A stretch of DNA of 64,000 nt from a virus (lineage: Duplodnaviria > Heunggongvirae > Uroviricota > Caudoviricetes): IMG/VR virus record IMGVR_UViG_3300009008_000002; one strand, 5' to 3'. How positions within the stretch are numbered: the first letter of the stretch is position 1; each line of letters opens with the position of its first letter. Positions 1-9,961 of this stretch are shown here, piece after piece. The translations under genes and the position numbers were made by a program. Below the pieces are notes generated by a model. The model had not been told where the DNA came from and did not search any database. It saw only the letters and a program-made list of their open reading frames with translations.

Positions 1-269
1 GCCGCCACGGTATTTAGGATCTCCCAAAAAGGCGCAGGCCCACAACCTCTTAAATATTTCACCCTTGCTAATCCATTTCCACTGCGCCTCTGACAATTCC
101 TCCATGACGCGAATGGTATCTTGTGGGTTGATTTCCACGAATGAAGGAACATCAACTTTAAGATTCTGCTGATGAACAATAACGCAAAAGCCACTGTCGG
201 CCATCTCTACTTCATGTTCCGACTTGGCGGGCTTCCCATCCAAAATGGCTGTAGCGGTAATTTGAACCA

Positions 270-485
270 TTAAATACTCCCCGCAGTGATTGTCAACTCA
301 AAACTACCATCGTCTTGGCGCTCAAGGAAATAGCGACTGCCCCAAACCTGTGAGAATACTTCCATACACATTCTCTCAAACAAACTTGGGTTCATGTCGA
401 TTGCCACACGGGCCTTCGTGAGAAGCAAGTCTTTTAATTCCTGCTCACTCAATGTGTGAATTTGGTGTGCCATCATCTTCCTCAA
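270..485 (-). CDS. hypothetical protein (71 aa)
   Basis: ORF only; same strand as neighbours; no recognisable motifs. Confidence 0.3.
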   Translation of the reverse strand: MRKMMAHQIHTLSEQELKDLLLTKARVAIDMNPSLFERMCMEVFSQVWGSRYFLERQDDGSFELTITAGSI

Positions 486-620
486 GCGAATGAATTATTT
501 TCTGTGTGCAATGCTCAGCCGTTTCCTGTGCCTCTTGCCAACTAACCTGGGCTTCACACTGAATCGCTTCAATGTATTGTCGTAGCGTATCCGTCAATGC
601 AGTTAAGCATTCCTCTCGAT

Positions 621-911
621 TCATCTTAGAACCCTCGGAACATCCTCATTGGCAACCGCAGCACGATATGCATTTTCAATGAATTTATAATCCTGCTGCG
701 TGATTGTGCCATCTTTGGAATACTTCTCAATGGTTTCCTTGATTTCCGGCTGCTCAAATCGCCAGACGTTAATTTGATCTGCTTGCTCTATCGTAATGGG
801 GCGCGTATCCTGATATACAAAATAGAACACAGCAATAAGGACCGCAATAATGACAGCAATCACGGCCAGCTTCCCCAAAGTATCAAGGATTTGCGTCCGA
901 CTCATACTCAT
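621..911 (-). CDS. small membrane-anchored protein, tandem paralog A
   Basis: N-terminal hydrophobic helix; C-terminal region (QINVWxFxQPE...PRVxR) clearly paralogous to adjacent ORF 908..1246. Confidence 0.45.
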   Translation of the reverse strand: MSMSRTQILDTLGKLAVIAVIIAVLIAVFYFVYQDTRPITIEQADQINVWRFEQPEIKETIEKYSKDGTITQQDYKFIENAYRAAVANEDVPRVLR

Positions 912-1246
912 CGTATCACCCTCGGAATCTTCTCGCCAGCGAGCAAGGCCCGATAAGCGTCTTCAAGCTGATTGTATTCTTCATTGGTGATTTTGCCGTC
1001 TTTGGAAGCCTCATCAATCCTGCCTGCAAGTTCCGGTTGGTCAAACAACCAAACATTAATTTGCTCAGCCTGTTCGGGACTGATGGACTCTTGAAGTTGC
1101 TCCAACGCTTTCTGCTCTTGCTCTTTTTTCTTATCGGATTGCATCGAGGAATACGTTGTAACTGCGATAAAAAGGATCGCAATTATCAACCAGATGTAAT
1201 CTTTTATGAAGTCTAGGATTGCTTTCATTTGATGACCCCTTGCCAC
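908..1246 (-). CDS. small membrane-anchored protein, tandem paralog B
   Basis: N-terminal TM helix; shares the QINVWLFDQPE...EKIPRVIR region with 621..911; 4-nt overlap with the downstream gene. Confidence 0.45.
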   Translation of the reverse strand: MARGHQMKAILDFIKDYIWLIIAILFIAVTTYSSMQSDKKKEQEQKALEQLQESISPEQAEQINVWLFDQPELAGRIDEASKDGKITNEEYNQLEDAYRALLAGEKIPRVIR

Positions 1247-1704
1247 GTATTAAAACTATCCTCGCCAGAAGCAGCCACCCCTTCCCTCTCTCGCAACTGT
1301 TTCAGGCAATTTACAACCGAATCAGCCAAATCGTCCCGGCCCAACGATTTCAGACATTTCAACACACGAGTAATCCGTGACCAGTTACGATTGGGTTGGC
1401 TCCAGACAGCAACACGACGACTCGAAAAAGTGGATGACTTGGCAACAATCCAATTGTTGCCGAATTGCACCAAAGAAAGACCTAGAAATTCGAGAAATTT
1501 ACGCAGAGAAGTTTCAAGTCGGTCCATCAGATCAACATCATCTTGGAATTCCGCAACTTCTTCGGCAGTCAAATCAGTTGGAAACAACCACTGGATGTAA
1601 TCTTCTGTGGACTCCAACTTGGCATCATCCCAATTGTAGATAATGTCTTCCCAGTCATAGGGTTTGCCAGAGTCTTGATAAAAGTCAATCAACTCACTTG
1701 CCAT
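1225..1704 (-). CDS. hypothetical protein; weak resemblance to OGFr-N-like conserved region (YIQWLFP motif)
   Basis: ORF; motif YIQWLFPTD resembles the conserved core of the OGFr N-terminal family. Similarity judged by eye only. Confidence 0.35.
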   Translation of the reverse strand: MASELIDFYQDSGKPYDWEDIIYNWDDAKLESTEDYIQWLFPTDLTAEEVAEFQDDVDLMDRLETSLRKFLEFLGLSLVQFGNNWIVAKSSTFSSRRVAVWSQPNRNWSRITRVLKCLKSLGRDDLADSVVNCLKQLREREGVAASGEDSFNTWQGVIK

Positions 1705-1717
1705 GTCACGCTTCTCC

Positions 1718-1954
1718 TCATAGCCAAGTTTCTATGATGTTGGGATCGTCATGCTCTTGACGAGCTAGGCAGCATAAACCCGCTGGTAATTGCTCTCTGA
1801 TTTCCTCTAACGAACTCCCAGTTGCCACTACCTCACAGGGAACTACATGGGGTTCAGGTTCACCATAAGATTCAAACCGCCTACACACGAAAACACCAGG
1901 AAAATCCTTAGTCTTATCGTTAAACACAGTCCAAACGGAAAGTGATTCAGACAT
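1718..1954 (-). CDS. hypothetical protein (78 aa)
   Basis: ORF only. Confidence 0.3.
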   Translation of the reverse strand: MSESLSVWTVFNDKTKDFPGVFVCRRFESYGEPEPHVVPCEVVATGSSLEEIREQLPAGLCCLARQEHDDPNIIETWL

Positions 1955-2081
1955 GATTCAGACTCCAATTTTTTGTCAAATCATCACGTTGGGCTTTGTG
2001 GCCAATATCCAGCAATCTCTCAAATCGTTATCCCCTAATTCGTGGGGTTTCTCTTGGTCGCTACACCAAAAAGGACGCATT

Positions 2082-2741
2082 TCAGTTTCCCCACACGTAA
2101 ATTACATTTTTTGTAGGATCGGCTGAGCGTGAAATCAACCACGGGAAATAAAATTTCTCATGTGGCAAAGACAATACCTTCTTTTGTGCGTGAGAACCAT
2201 CATTGCCAATGTGGATATACATTTCCACCTGTTCAATTATAGCGGACTCGTCAGCCCCATACACACTGCCTTGTGTTTCGGGCACGCATTCTTCGGGTGA
2301 CACAAATTGCGTCAACCAAGAGGCGATGGCAACCTTGGGTTGTAACCCCTCCACAGCTTCAAGAGCGTCATACTCATAAATATCATCTGGGGGAGTGGTG
2401 ATTGCTTGACCAAGCGCCTCGTAATATGCTCGACACTCTGGACGGTCTTGCATGAAGGAATCAGTTTGTATAATCCCTAAATTCCGTCCCAAGTCACCAC
2501 AACCAGCGCCCAACTCAATGGCAAATCGATCTCTGATTTTATCTTTAAGCCATTCAATCAACTCGACAGTTGGAATACCATATCGCGCACGGGTGCAAGC
2601 CCAGATACGCAGGTGAGTTTGGTCGAGATTAAGATATGTTGAAGCTGGTAGGAGTTTTAAATACTCACCCTCAAGCAAGACTTCATCCAGGTAGGCTACA
2701 TCGGCCTTTGGAAGAATTTGCATTGGGCTATTGGGAAACAT
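2082..2741 (-). CDS. putative class I SAM-dependent methyltransferase
   Basis: Motif-I-like AIELGAGCGDLG with downstream acidic residue; 219 aa. Confidence 0.4.
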   Translation of the reverse strand: MFPNSPMQILPKADVAYLDEVLLEGEYLKLLPASTYLNLDQTHLRIWACTRARYGIPTVELIEWLKDKIRDRFAIELGAGCGDLGRNLGIIQTDSFMQDRPECRAYYEALGQAITTPPDDIYEYDALEAVEGLQPKVAIASWLTQFVSPEECVPETQGSVYGADESAIIEQVEMYIHIGNDGSHAQKKVLSLPHEKFYFPWLISRSADPTKNVIYVWGN

Positions 2742-3263
2742 ACCAGCATTCCTATTAAAAGTAGGGGGTTGTTATCGTACAACCGCCCAGAAAAACGCCC
2801 CTTTTAACTTAAAAGGAAGAAACGTGTCCCTGTTGTAGCACAGGCTCAGAGTAAGCTGGTCATTTCGTTGACACACGAAATTCCGAAAAGAGCGGGGCAG
2901 TTGTCCACACAACTCCGAAGGGGGGCTTTTAACGGTCTTTCGACGGATGGTTAGTTCCCAACCAGCGGTTTTTACGAGAAACCTGCTAAAAACGACGCTT
3001 AAAAAGGCTCTTGTTCCTTTAAATGTTTCAGTGCTGTTTTTATTTTCTCAAAGACACTTGTTGCCAACCTCATGTCGCTCGGTAATTCAGAATTATGAAG
3101 CGTGACTTCAATGAATGCCTTTCTTTCCTGATAAGTTGTATTGTTCTCCCACATGAACATCACCACCTGCATTCGGGAGAATCAGATGGTAACGCCTTCC
3201 CGCTTGTATCTGCGAGCGCTGGTTTACAGCCAGGACAATCATCGCAGAATTCGTGGTCTTCCA

Positions 3264-3980
3264 TCATTCCGATTCTTCCTCCAATTTTTGCTCAACCACA
3301 GTCAGACCGGGAATCCCGGTTTCCTTTTTGAATGTGGCTCTAGCTTCGGTGGCTTGAGCAATAAATGTAGTTTTGTCCTTTTCGTCCAAACCCCTCAAAT
3401 TTGCCAAGGTGTGGGTGTGATCTGTCTCTTCGACTTCCCTTTTTCTCTTTGCATTAGCGACTGCATCTTCTCGTTCGCCTTCAAGGTCGCCCTTTTCCAT
3501 CTTTAAAATTGACAATCTTTGTTCGTGTTGAAGAATCTTTTTGTCTAAATCTTCAATTTCTTCCCTCAACTGAGGGATGAGGCGCTGTTTTTCCTCCAAA
3601 GATTGACTTGTTCGGGTGTAGTGATCCCAGCAATAATTAAATTCTTCGTCGTTTTCAATTTCGGCCAGTCTCGACTCTGCCTCTTCGTGAGTAATATCAC
3701 CCTTAGTCAGCAACTCCTCAATTTCCGCTTTCTTCCTGTTGACGATTTCCTGCGCCATCAGCTTCGCACCCTGAGAGTGCTTTTGTAAGTCAGCAATGGA
3801 GCTAGTAAGACGTTTTAATTCATCCCTTTTTGTTTCACTGCGTATGGTCTGATCTCTTATCATCTCCTCATAGGCCGTGATAGCTGCGCCCTTATCACCA
3901 ACAATTTCATCATAACCAGCACGCACAATGGTGGGATTTCCCAACAATCTCTGGCGAATATTTTCAAGCCATTGCAACAT
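3264..3980 (-). CDS. coiled-coil hypothetical protein
   Basis: Charged, heptad-rich 238 aa ORF; abuts ORF 3981..4682. Confidence 0.4.
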   Translation of the reverse strand: MLQWLENIRQRLLGNPTIVRAGYDEIVGDKGAAITAYEEMIRDQTIRSETKRDELKRLTSSIADLQKHSQGAKLMAQEIVNRKKAEIEELLTKGDITHEEAESRLAEIENDEEFNYCWDHYTRTSQSLEEKQRLIPQLREEIEDLDKKILQHEQRLSILKMEKGDLEGEREDAVANAKRKREVEETDHTHTLANLRGLDEKDKTTFIAQATEARATFKKETGIPGLTVVEQKLEEESE

Positions 3981-4682
3981 TTAACTTTCCCCGTAAGCTG
4001 AACGTGTTTTAGCGATTCTAGCCTCAACCCGTTGTGCCCTTTCAAGACTGCTCTCCATCTCTTCCCGAAGTTCTATCAGGTCATGTGCGTCATCGGCAGT
4101 CATTCGCTGGACTTGATGCACAGCCATCGTCAAGGTTTCCACACTATTTTCAACTTCGGTGATCAGTTTTTCTCGTTCATCCATGAACGGTTGTCTTTTA
4201 TCACCCGGCATGGTCATCGCTTGACGCCACACATCCATGCTCTCGTCCAATTTTTGAATGGATGTATGAAACAATTTCTCGGCGGTATTCAGAAAATTAT
4301 ATTCACGCACCCTGCCGTCTTGAACACATTCCACAAAGACTTTATAAATTGAGCGAAGTTTCCTTAACGCCACTTCGTCTCTGGTGTCCTCGTCTGCTTG
4401 TAGCGCCCTATCCAAATCATCGAGTCTTTTAGATTGTCGCCTCTGGGTGTCCCTTTGCCACTTCATAAATGTCTTGTGGGCAATACTGTTGAAACAAAGA
4501 CATACTCTGGCAAACAAAGAGAAAATAGCCACGCCTACAGCAAGAGCGGCTATGACCCTAAACTGACGAACGCCAGTAAGGGAGAGACACATTGTAAACG
4601 CACCAATCAAACCCGGAATGGCCACAATGGGATGTAGAAACAAAGTCATCAAAAATCTGCGTCTAAATTCTGAATCATTCAT
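3981..4682 (-). CDS. hypothetical coiled-coil protein with hydrophobic (2 predicted TM) tail
   Basis: ORF; hydrophobic segments in the last ~70 aa (per the listed ORF translation). Confidence 0.4.
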   Translation of the reverse strand: MNDSEFRRRFLMTLFLHPIVAIPGLIGAFTMCLSLTGVRQFRVIAALAVGVAIFSLFARVCLCFNSIAHKTFMKWQRDTQRRQSKRLDDLDRALQADEDTRDEVALRKLRSIYKVFVECVQDGRVREYNFLNTAEKLFHTSIQKLDESMDVWRQAMTMPGDKRQPFMDEREKLITEVENSVETLTMAVHQVQRMTADDAHDLIELREEMESSLERAQRVEARIAKTRSAYGES

Positions 4683-5193
4683 TTGCGATCTCTCGTTTGG
4701 CGTTTATTAAAGCACCCATCAAGAACCCAAGTTTCATCATTACCATTGTCTTGTGGTCTTGAGGGTTGAAAAGTGTTGATATAAAAGTTACCAGCACGGA
4801 CCTTGGCAAGAATTTTAATTCTTCACCAACTTGGTCATAAGGCTCCATGTTTCCAAAATCGCCTTCGTCCCAAATCTCACTTAGTTCTTCGATTTTTTCA
4901 GCGACTTCTTGTGGACTCCAGCCATTTTCAGCATCAACAAAGCAAGCTGCAAGCTGAGATAGCTTCTCATCCTTAGTCCCTTCCACTACTTTTGCAACCA
5001 CAAGGTCTACACAAAAGACCGAAGTGTATTCTGGTGGTTCCTCCATTAAATAAGCCACGACTTCACCAAACCGCCCCTCTTGCCACTTATCAACGAGTCC
5101 AGGGCAATATTGAGCATAACTTTCGTTGGCCCATTCATCAAACATTATACCACCTAGCTCCCTATAAAAATAGCCCGGTGCGGTTGCAACCAA
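4675..5193 (-). CDS. hypothetical protein (172 aa)
   Basis: ORF, operon-like packing. Confidence 0.4.
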   Translation of the reverse strand: MVATAPGYFYRELGGIMFDEWANESYAQYCPGLVDKWQEGRFGEVVAYLMEEPPEYTSVFCVDLVVAKVVEGTKDEKLSQLAACFVDAENGWSPQEVAEKIEELSEIWDEGDFGNMEPYDQVGEELKFLPRSVLVTFISTLFNPQDHKTMVMMKLGFLMGALINAKREIANE

Positions 5194-5253
5194 CCGACCG
5201 GGCTATTAGCCAGAACCAACCGTGGGCAAAATCCCAGTAACACACCCAACGGT

Positions 5254-5748
5254 TTACGTCAAAGTTTCATTTGCCAACTTATAAAGTCGTCTCGCATCCC
5301 TCTTTGTTACGCCTTGCTCTTCGGAAATCTGTTGAATCATTTCCCAGTATTCTGCTCTGCGGTCCCGGTCGGTGGTCGGCACTGCCAACAGCAAAGGTCG
5401 AATACTGCTCAAATCTTTAATTTCCGAATCATCATCTTCAATAAACCCTGCTTCCTCTAAGGCTTTTTGAAGTTGAACATGGCCGGGTTTACGATCCTTG
5501 TAAATCACACCCCAGTAAAAACAATGCGCGACTCCCTCTTTTGAACTTCTGCCGAATGCAACTTCAGGTAGAACTTTTAATTCCCCCGATAACCGTTGCA
5601 CCAAAGGACCATACGAACCGAAATCGTGATAATCCTCAACAGCAAAAGCCAACGGCAAATTCAATTGTAGCTCGGCCATAATCTCAAACACTGTGAAAAA
5701 ATGGGGAGTGAGGGGAGGCGGGAGAAGCGTGCAAGCCCGGTCTCCCAC
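5254..5748 (-). CDS. hypothetical protein (164 aa)
   Basis: ORF. Confidence 0.4.
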   Translation of the reverse strand: MGDRACTLLPPPLTPHFFTVFEIMAELQLNLPLAFAVEDYHDFGSYGPLVQRLSGELKVLPEVAFGRSSKEGVAHCFYWGVIYKDRKPGHVQLQKALEEAGFIEDDDSEIKDLSSIRPLLLAVPTTDRDRRAEYWEMIQQISEEQGVTKRDARRLYKLANETLT

Positions 5749-5766
5749 TCACACCCCCACTCTGAG

Positions 5767-7689
5767 TCATTCGCCACCCTTCGCTTCAGGGGCTTCCGTC
5801 GCTCCTGCGGGTGCCGCTTCTTTCTTTTTCGGCGTGACCCGAACCCTTGCGACCGTGCAACCCTCCAGGGAGAGATTGTGCGTATCCGCAAAGTCTTCAA
5901 GGTCGAACTTGTGGTTCAACGCCATGTGGCGATTGTAAACCGCTTCAATCGAAGCCTTAATGTCGGTCGGCAGCACACCAGTTTTGGTGTTATTTTCAAT
6001 ATCACGACGGAGCGCCAACGAAGTTGCTTCATCAATGATACCTTTGACCATACTGCCGGTCAGACAATCACCAAAGGTGAACCAGTGCTCTTCCTTGGAT
6101 GACTTGTCCGTGACCTGATAAATCTTACGACGCTTGTGGAAACAATCAGCCACAGCACGCTTGACCATCTGATCCATTTCCATATCCACAACGGGGATAC
6201 CTCGGAAATGAATATTAAAGATTTCGGTCGCGGCAACCATATTCGGTCGGGCGATTTTAATGTGCTTGTCAACACGACCCTCACGAACCACTGCCGGGTC
6301 CAACATTTTTGGACGGTTTGTAGCCAGCATCACAAGGATGTGGTTTTCAATCAGACCATCCATTTCCGACAGGAACATCGGAACGATGGTCTTGTCCACG
6401 TCGGAGCTACGGCTAGTGCCACGTTCGGACAGGATAGCTTCCGCTTCATCAATGAACAGGATGGCCGGGAAACCATGTCGCTCGTAATGCTTGCGACCAC
6501 GCATGAACAGGGCGCGAATATTCGCTTCGCTATTGCCCACATACATGTTCAGGATTTCAGGGCCTTTGCAGTAGATGAAGCCAGAAGCAATCGCCTCTTG
6601 ACCGTAAATCTGAGCAAGGCTGTAAGTGGTTGCCTTACCAACCAACGTTTTGCCACAGCCGGGAGGGCCATACAACAGCACGCCCTTCGGTGGTTGCTTG
6701 TTGTAGTGGGCAAAGGTTTCAGGGTGACGGAACGGCAATTCCACCGCCTCTTTAATTGCTTCCTTCGCCTCTTCCAGACCACCGATTTCGTTCCAGCTAA
6801 CTTGGCACTCTTGCTCCAAGCAGAAACGCTTATCTGCGGCCAAGTGACCGATAACGATCCGTTTGTGGTTATCCAAGATAACCCGGTCGCCTTCCGTCAC
6901 GGGGTTTTCGCCTTCCGGCTCGACGCCGTTATAAACCCGTTTCTTCTCGCCACCAACTTCAACCTCCATGACCGGCTCACCTTCCAGTGGGTCGGAAATC
7001 ATGCAGATCACGCCGTCTTCGGGAGTTTCGGATTTGTCGATAATTTGCTTGGACTGCAAATTAACTTTCACTTTGCTGCCGGGGCCGAGATCCATACCCG
7101 GAATGGCACCGACTTCATAGGGAGTCTCGCCAATCACCACCAAAGCGTAGATGCCGTCATCCTTGCCCAGCAATTTAACTTGGGCCGGATCTTTTTCGGG
7201 CAAACCAACCGCAAAGCAGTCCGGTGAACCGTCTTTAAAAACGACATTCACTTCGCCAGCATCACGGTCATAGGCAGTGATTTTCGCTACCTTCTCGTAG
7301 CGTGGGTGTTCCTGATCAGTCACCCAGCAAATATCCTCTACCTCGAACGCATCGGGGTTGACTTCGGTATTGCATTCGACAACGCGACCATAGACCTTGG
7401 GCGCAGCCAACACTTGTGCGAGTTGGGAGTCCAGAACAGCGATGGCACCTTGAGCCTCTTGCAAGGCTTCTACCAACTCCGCATATTCGTCAGCAGTCGG
7501 AACATGCCGTTGCCTCTCTTCACCTTCTTCCCCACCACGGGCAGGGACAGGTGGAGCCAGACCAGTGTGATGCTGCGGGGGCGCAGCAGTCTCGCCTTGC
7601 TCTTGCTCTTGCCTTTCAGCATTTTGTGCCCTCATTGCACTCAGAAAATCCGGGTGATCGGGCTGCACGCTTCTTTCGTCTTGACTCAT
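5767..7689 (-). CDS. AAA+ ATPase, proteasome-associated ATPase (ARC/Mpa/PAN)-like; N-terminal coiled coil and OB-like interdomain plus single AAA module
   Basis: Walker A GPPGCGKT, Walker B ILFIDEAEAI, second region of homology; the IGGLEEAKEAIKEAVELPFRHPE lead-in is typical of classical AAA proteins. The long N-terminal region resembles the ARC interdomain. Confidence 0.8.
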   Translation of the reverse strand: MSQDERSVQPDHPDFLSAMRAQNAERQEQEQGETAAPPQHHTGLAPPVPARGGEEGEERQRHVPTADEYAELVEALQEAQGAIAVLDSQLAQVLAAPKVYGRVVECNTEVNPDAFEVEDICWVTDQEHPRYEKVAKITAYDRDAGEVNVVFKDGSPDCFAVGLPEKDPAQVKLLGKDDGIYALVVIGETPYEVGAIPGMDLGPGSKVKVNLQSKQIIDKSETPEDGVICMISDPLEGEPVMEVEVGGEKKRVYNGVEPEGENPVTEGDRVILDNHKRIVIGHLAADKRFCLEQECQVSWNEIGGLEEAKEAIKEAVELPFRHPETFAHYNKQPPKGVLLYGPPGCGKTLVGKATTYSLAQIYGQEAIASGFIYCKGPEILNMYVGNSEANIRALFMRGRKHYERHGFPAILFIDEAEAILSERGTSRSSDVDKTIVPMFLSEMDGLIENHILVMLATNRPKMLDPAVVREGRVDKHIKIARPNMVAATEIFNIHFRGIPVVDMEMDQMVKRAVADCFHKRRKIYQVTDKSSKEEHWFTFGDCLTGSMVKGIIDEATSLALRRDIENNTKTGVLPTDIKASIEAVYNRHMALNHKFDLEDFADTHNLSLEGCTVARVRVTPKKKEAAPAGATEAPEAKGGE

Positions 7690-7776
7690 TTAGGAAACTC
7701 CCTTCAACACGATTGGAAATCATCAAGTACCGTCATTCTAACATGAATCTTGGCACTGTGAAGTAAACTACAATTT

Positions 7777-8151
7777 TTACTCGCTCTCGTCTTGACCCGT
7801 CGCATGTGCGAGTGATCGTAAAAGAAACTGAGCAACGGCGTCTCCACTACATGCCAAATGGATCAACATATCACGGATAACCTCTTTACAATCATCCGTT
7901 TTCATAGCCAATGCTTCCATTGGTCGCTGATCATTTGCCTTACGGTGTAAATTCTCCACCGTAAGGACAATCACGTTTTTTGTCCCATCAACTTTTTGTT
8001 CCTGAACCATTTCAGAAATGGCCTCAGTCTCAACCCGCGTCAGTGATTTATCATGTTCATCTGGACCTTGTAGGTGCCCAGATTCAAGACTGACGTATTT
8101 TACTGGCATTGCGCTATATGGCATTTGTTGTAACTCCCACCTGTGAAGCAA
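7777..8151 (-). CDS. hypothetical protein (124 aa)
   Basis: ORF. Confidence 0.35.
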   Translation of the reverse strand: MLHRWELQQMPYSAMPVKYVSLESGHLQGPDEHDKSLTRVETEAISEMVQEQKVDGTKNVIVLTVENLHRKANDQRPMEALAMKTDDCKEVIRDMLIHLACSGDAVAQFLLRSLAHATGQDESE

Positions 8152-8713
8152 TCTCTTCTGCTAACTGCGGAACAAAATCAAAACGACGTGGCTCACAATA
8201 CAATTTTTTGTTCGCCCGTATAAATTCAACCGCAGCTTCCGGCCCATTCGCCTCATATATGTTGCGAACTTCGTATTTGTATTTTCCAAAATTAAAGAGG
8301 CGACATTCTAATCGTATGTCGAGGGGTGTTACCCACCCCATCCAACTACCATCTGTATTCAAAAAGTGAATATCCTGAAATTGCTCCCAGGTTCGTTGTT
8401 CAACTTCGTATTCTTCCGGCAACAGGACTTCCCTGCCACCCAAAAGAATAGACGCCGCCCGGTGGTGGCCATTGCGAATATACCAGATTGGCTCACCGTT
8501 GGGACCACCAATCGCCGCAATGGCAATTAATTGAATATCTCTTGGAACAGGTCCAGGCCGCATTTCTGCAAAATCTCTGATCGCCTCAGCAGAAAAAACA
8601 CCCCCACCCTGCACAAATTCAATCATCTCTGGGATTTGGTTCAGATTCCGCAGTGATTGCTGCGTTATCTTCAACTTTGACATTGGAACCCTTACCATTG
8701 TTATCCCACTCAT
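8114..8713 (-). CDS. hypothetical protein with ParB/Srx-like motif (IRNGHHRAAS)
   Basis: DGxHR-type motif characteristic of ParB/sulfiredoxin-fold nucleases. The single motif is the only support. Confidence 0.35.
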   Translation of the reverse strand: MSGITMVRVPMSKLKITQQSLRNLNQIPEMIEFVQGGGVFSAEAIRDFAEMRPGPVPRDIQLIAIAAIGGPNGEPIWYIRNGHHRAASILLGGREVLLPEEYEVEQRTWEQFQDIHFLNTDGSWMGWVTPLDIRLECRLFNFGKYKYEVRNIYEANGPEAAVEFIRANKKLYCEPRRFDFVPQLAEEIASQVGVTTNAI

Positions 8714-8852
8714 GCGGCTGTTTGTTTATATCGTGATCAGGATGGTGTGGTGGCACTTCTGGGGGATACGGCGATGACTTCTCAAAAGGGTCACAAGGGT
8801 CGCATCCTACCAAAAAACCACACACTACCAAAATTGCCAAAAAACGTTTCAC
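8619..8852 (-). CDS. small putative lipoprotein
   Basis: N-terminal signal peptide with lipobox-like LVGC; His/Pro-rich mature part. Confidence 0.35.
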   Translation of the reverse strand: MKRFLAILVVCGFLVGCDPCDPFEKSSPYPPEVPPHHPDHDINKQPHEWDNNGKGSNVKVEDNAAITAESEPNPRDD

Positions 8853-8872
8853 GGTTCAAAACCTCCAATTTT

Positions 8873-9235
8873 TTACACCCCGTTTATGTAGTCAATGAGG
8901 TTGCGAAACGGTTCGGGCAAATCAAAAAATTGACCTCCAAAAACGTCTTTACAAATCAGATCAATTTCTGCACGGATGGACTCATGTTGCGAGCGATCCC
9001 CAAGTTGTTCTTTGAGCAATTCAAACCTATCAAGAAGACCTGGATAATCGTCCCACTTAGCATGGGTCCAAATTCTCTCTCGCTCTTCCAACTCTCGCTT
9101 CGCAGCAGCATGTGCCACTTCAAAAACCAATCGAATTCTATCCTGATCGAAACATGATGTTTCTAAATAATCAACCAACAACCTACAGTCTGTAGTAGCT
9201 ACATCCTCAAGTTGTTCAGTTGTGAAATCATTCAT
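8873..9235 (-). CDS. hypothetical protein (120 aa)
   Basis: ORF. Confidence 0.35.
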   Translation of the reverse strand: MNDFTTEQLEDVATTDCRLLVDYLETSCFDQDRIRLVFEVAHAAAKRELEERERIWTHAKWDDYPGLLDRFELLKEQLGDRSQHESIRAEIDLICKDVFGGQFFDLPEPFRNLIDYINGV

Positions 9236-9412
9236 AATGGTCAGCTATCATGTTGATGTAATCCGCCGCAACTCTTAAATGTTCCTTACAAAAACAATCA
9301 AAAGTTGGGCCTTCTGCCGTCATGATCCGGGTTGTTAAAACCGCAGGATTACTACAACCTTCCCTGCCACAATTTTGAAGTTTCGCCTGATCGCCGTCCA
9401 TTACCATTTGAA

Positions 9413-9961
9413 CTACTCTTCTGCGGCTACCGTCGCATTCGCTTCGTGAAGTGCCCGGTCCAAAGGAATTTCTAAGGCGCGTTTCAATGCACCATCATTG
9501 AGAACACGATTGATTGCCATTTTCAATTCGACTTCATTCCTGATCTTAAAAACCCTGCCAGAATAAACCATGTAGACAGGATAATTACTGCCACGATTGC
9601 CATTGTTCCAATTGCCCATGTCATACTCAAATCGAGCAATCCATAACTGCTTGCGGCTCAAGACTGTGACCTTATCCGTTTTGTTGTGCCACTTCTTCTC
9701 TGATTCCCCAATTTTCTTCTGGAAAACGATATAACAACCCATTCCAAATTCGGGATGAATACGAGTGGGCTTCGTTCCATTATTGTAGCCACTCAGATAT
9801 TCAACCTTTACCCTTCCACCATCGCCAAGGCGTCCACTGTCCAGGTCATGTTGGAGCATGTCATTAAAATGCCTCACCACTTCGCTCGGCATCATATCTT
9901 GATCTTCGTTCACTTGAAAAGGAACTTCTTGGCCATTTCTCCACACCATGTCAATCCTCAC
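9413..9961 (-). CDS. hypothetical protein (182 aa)
   Basis: ORF. Confidence 0.4.
   Translation of the reverse strand: MRIDMVWRNGQEVPFQVNEDQDMMPSEVVRHFNDMLQHDLDSGRLGDGGRVKVEYLSGYNNGTKPTRIHPEFGMGCYIVFQKKIGESEKKWHNKTDKVTVLSRKQLWIARFEYDMGNWNNGNRGSNYPVYMVYSGRVFKIRNEVELKMAINRVLNDGALKRALEIPLDRALHEANATVAAEE

Noticed and set aside
6136-7227. 363-aa plus-strand ORF
   Set aside because: Lies entirely antisense within the well-supported AAA+ ATPase gene; His/Arg-rich composition typical of antisense read-through.
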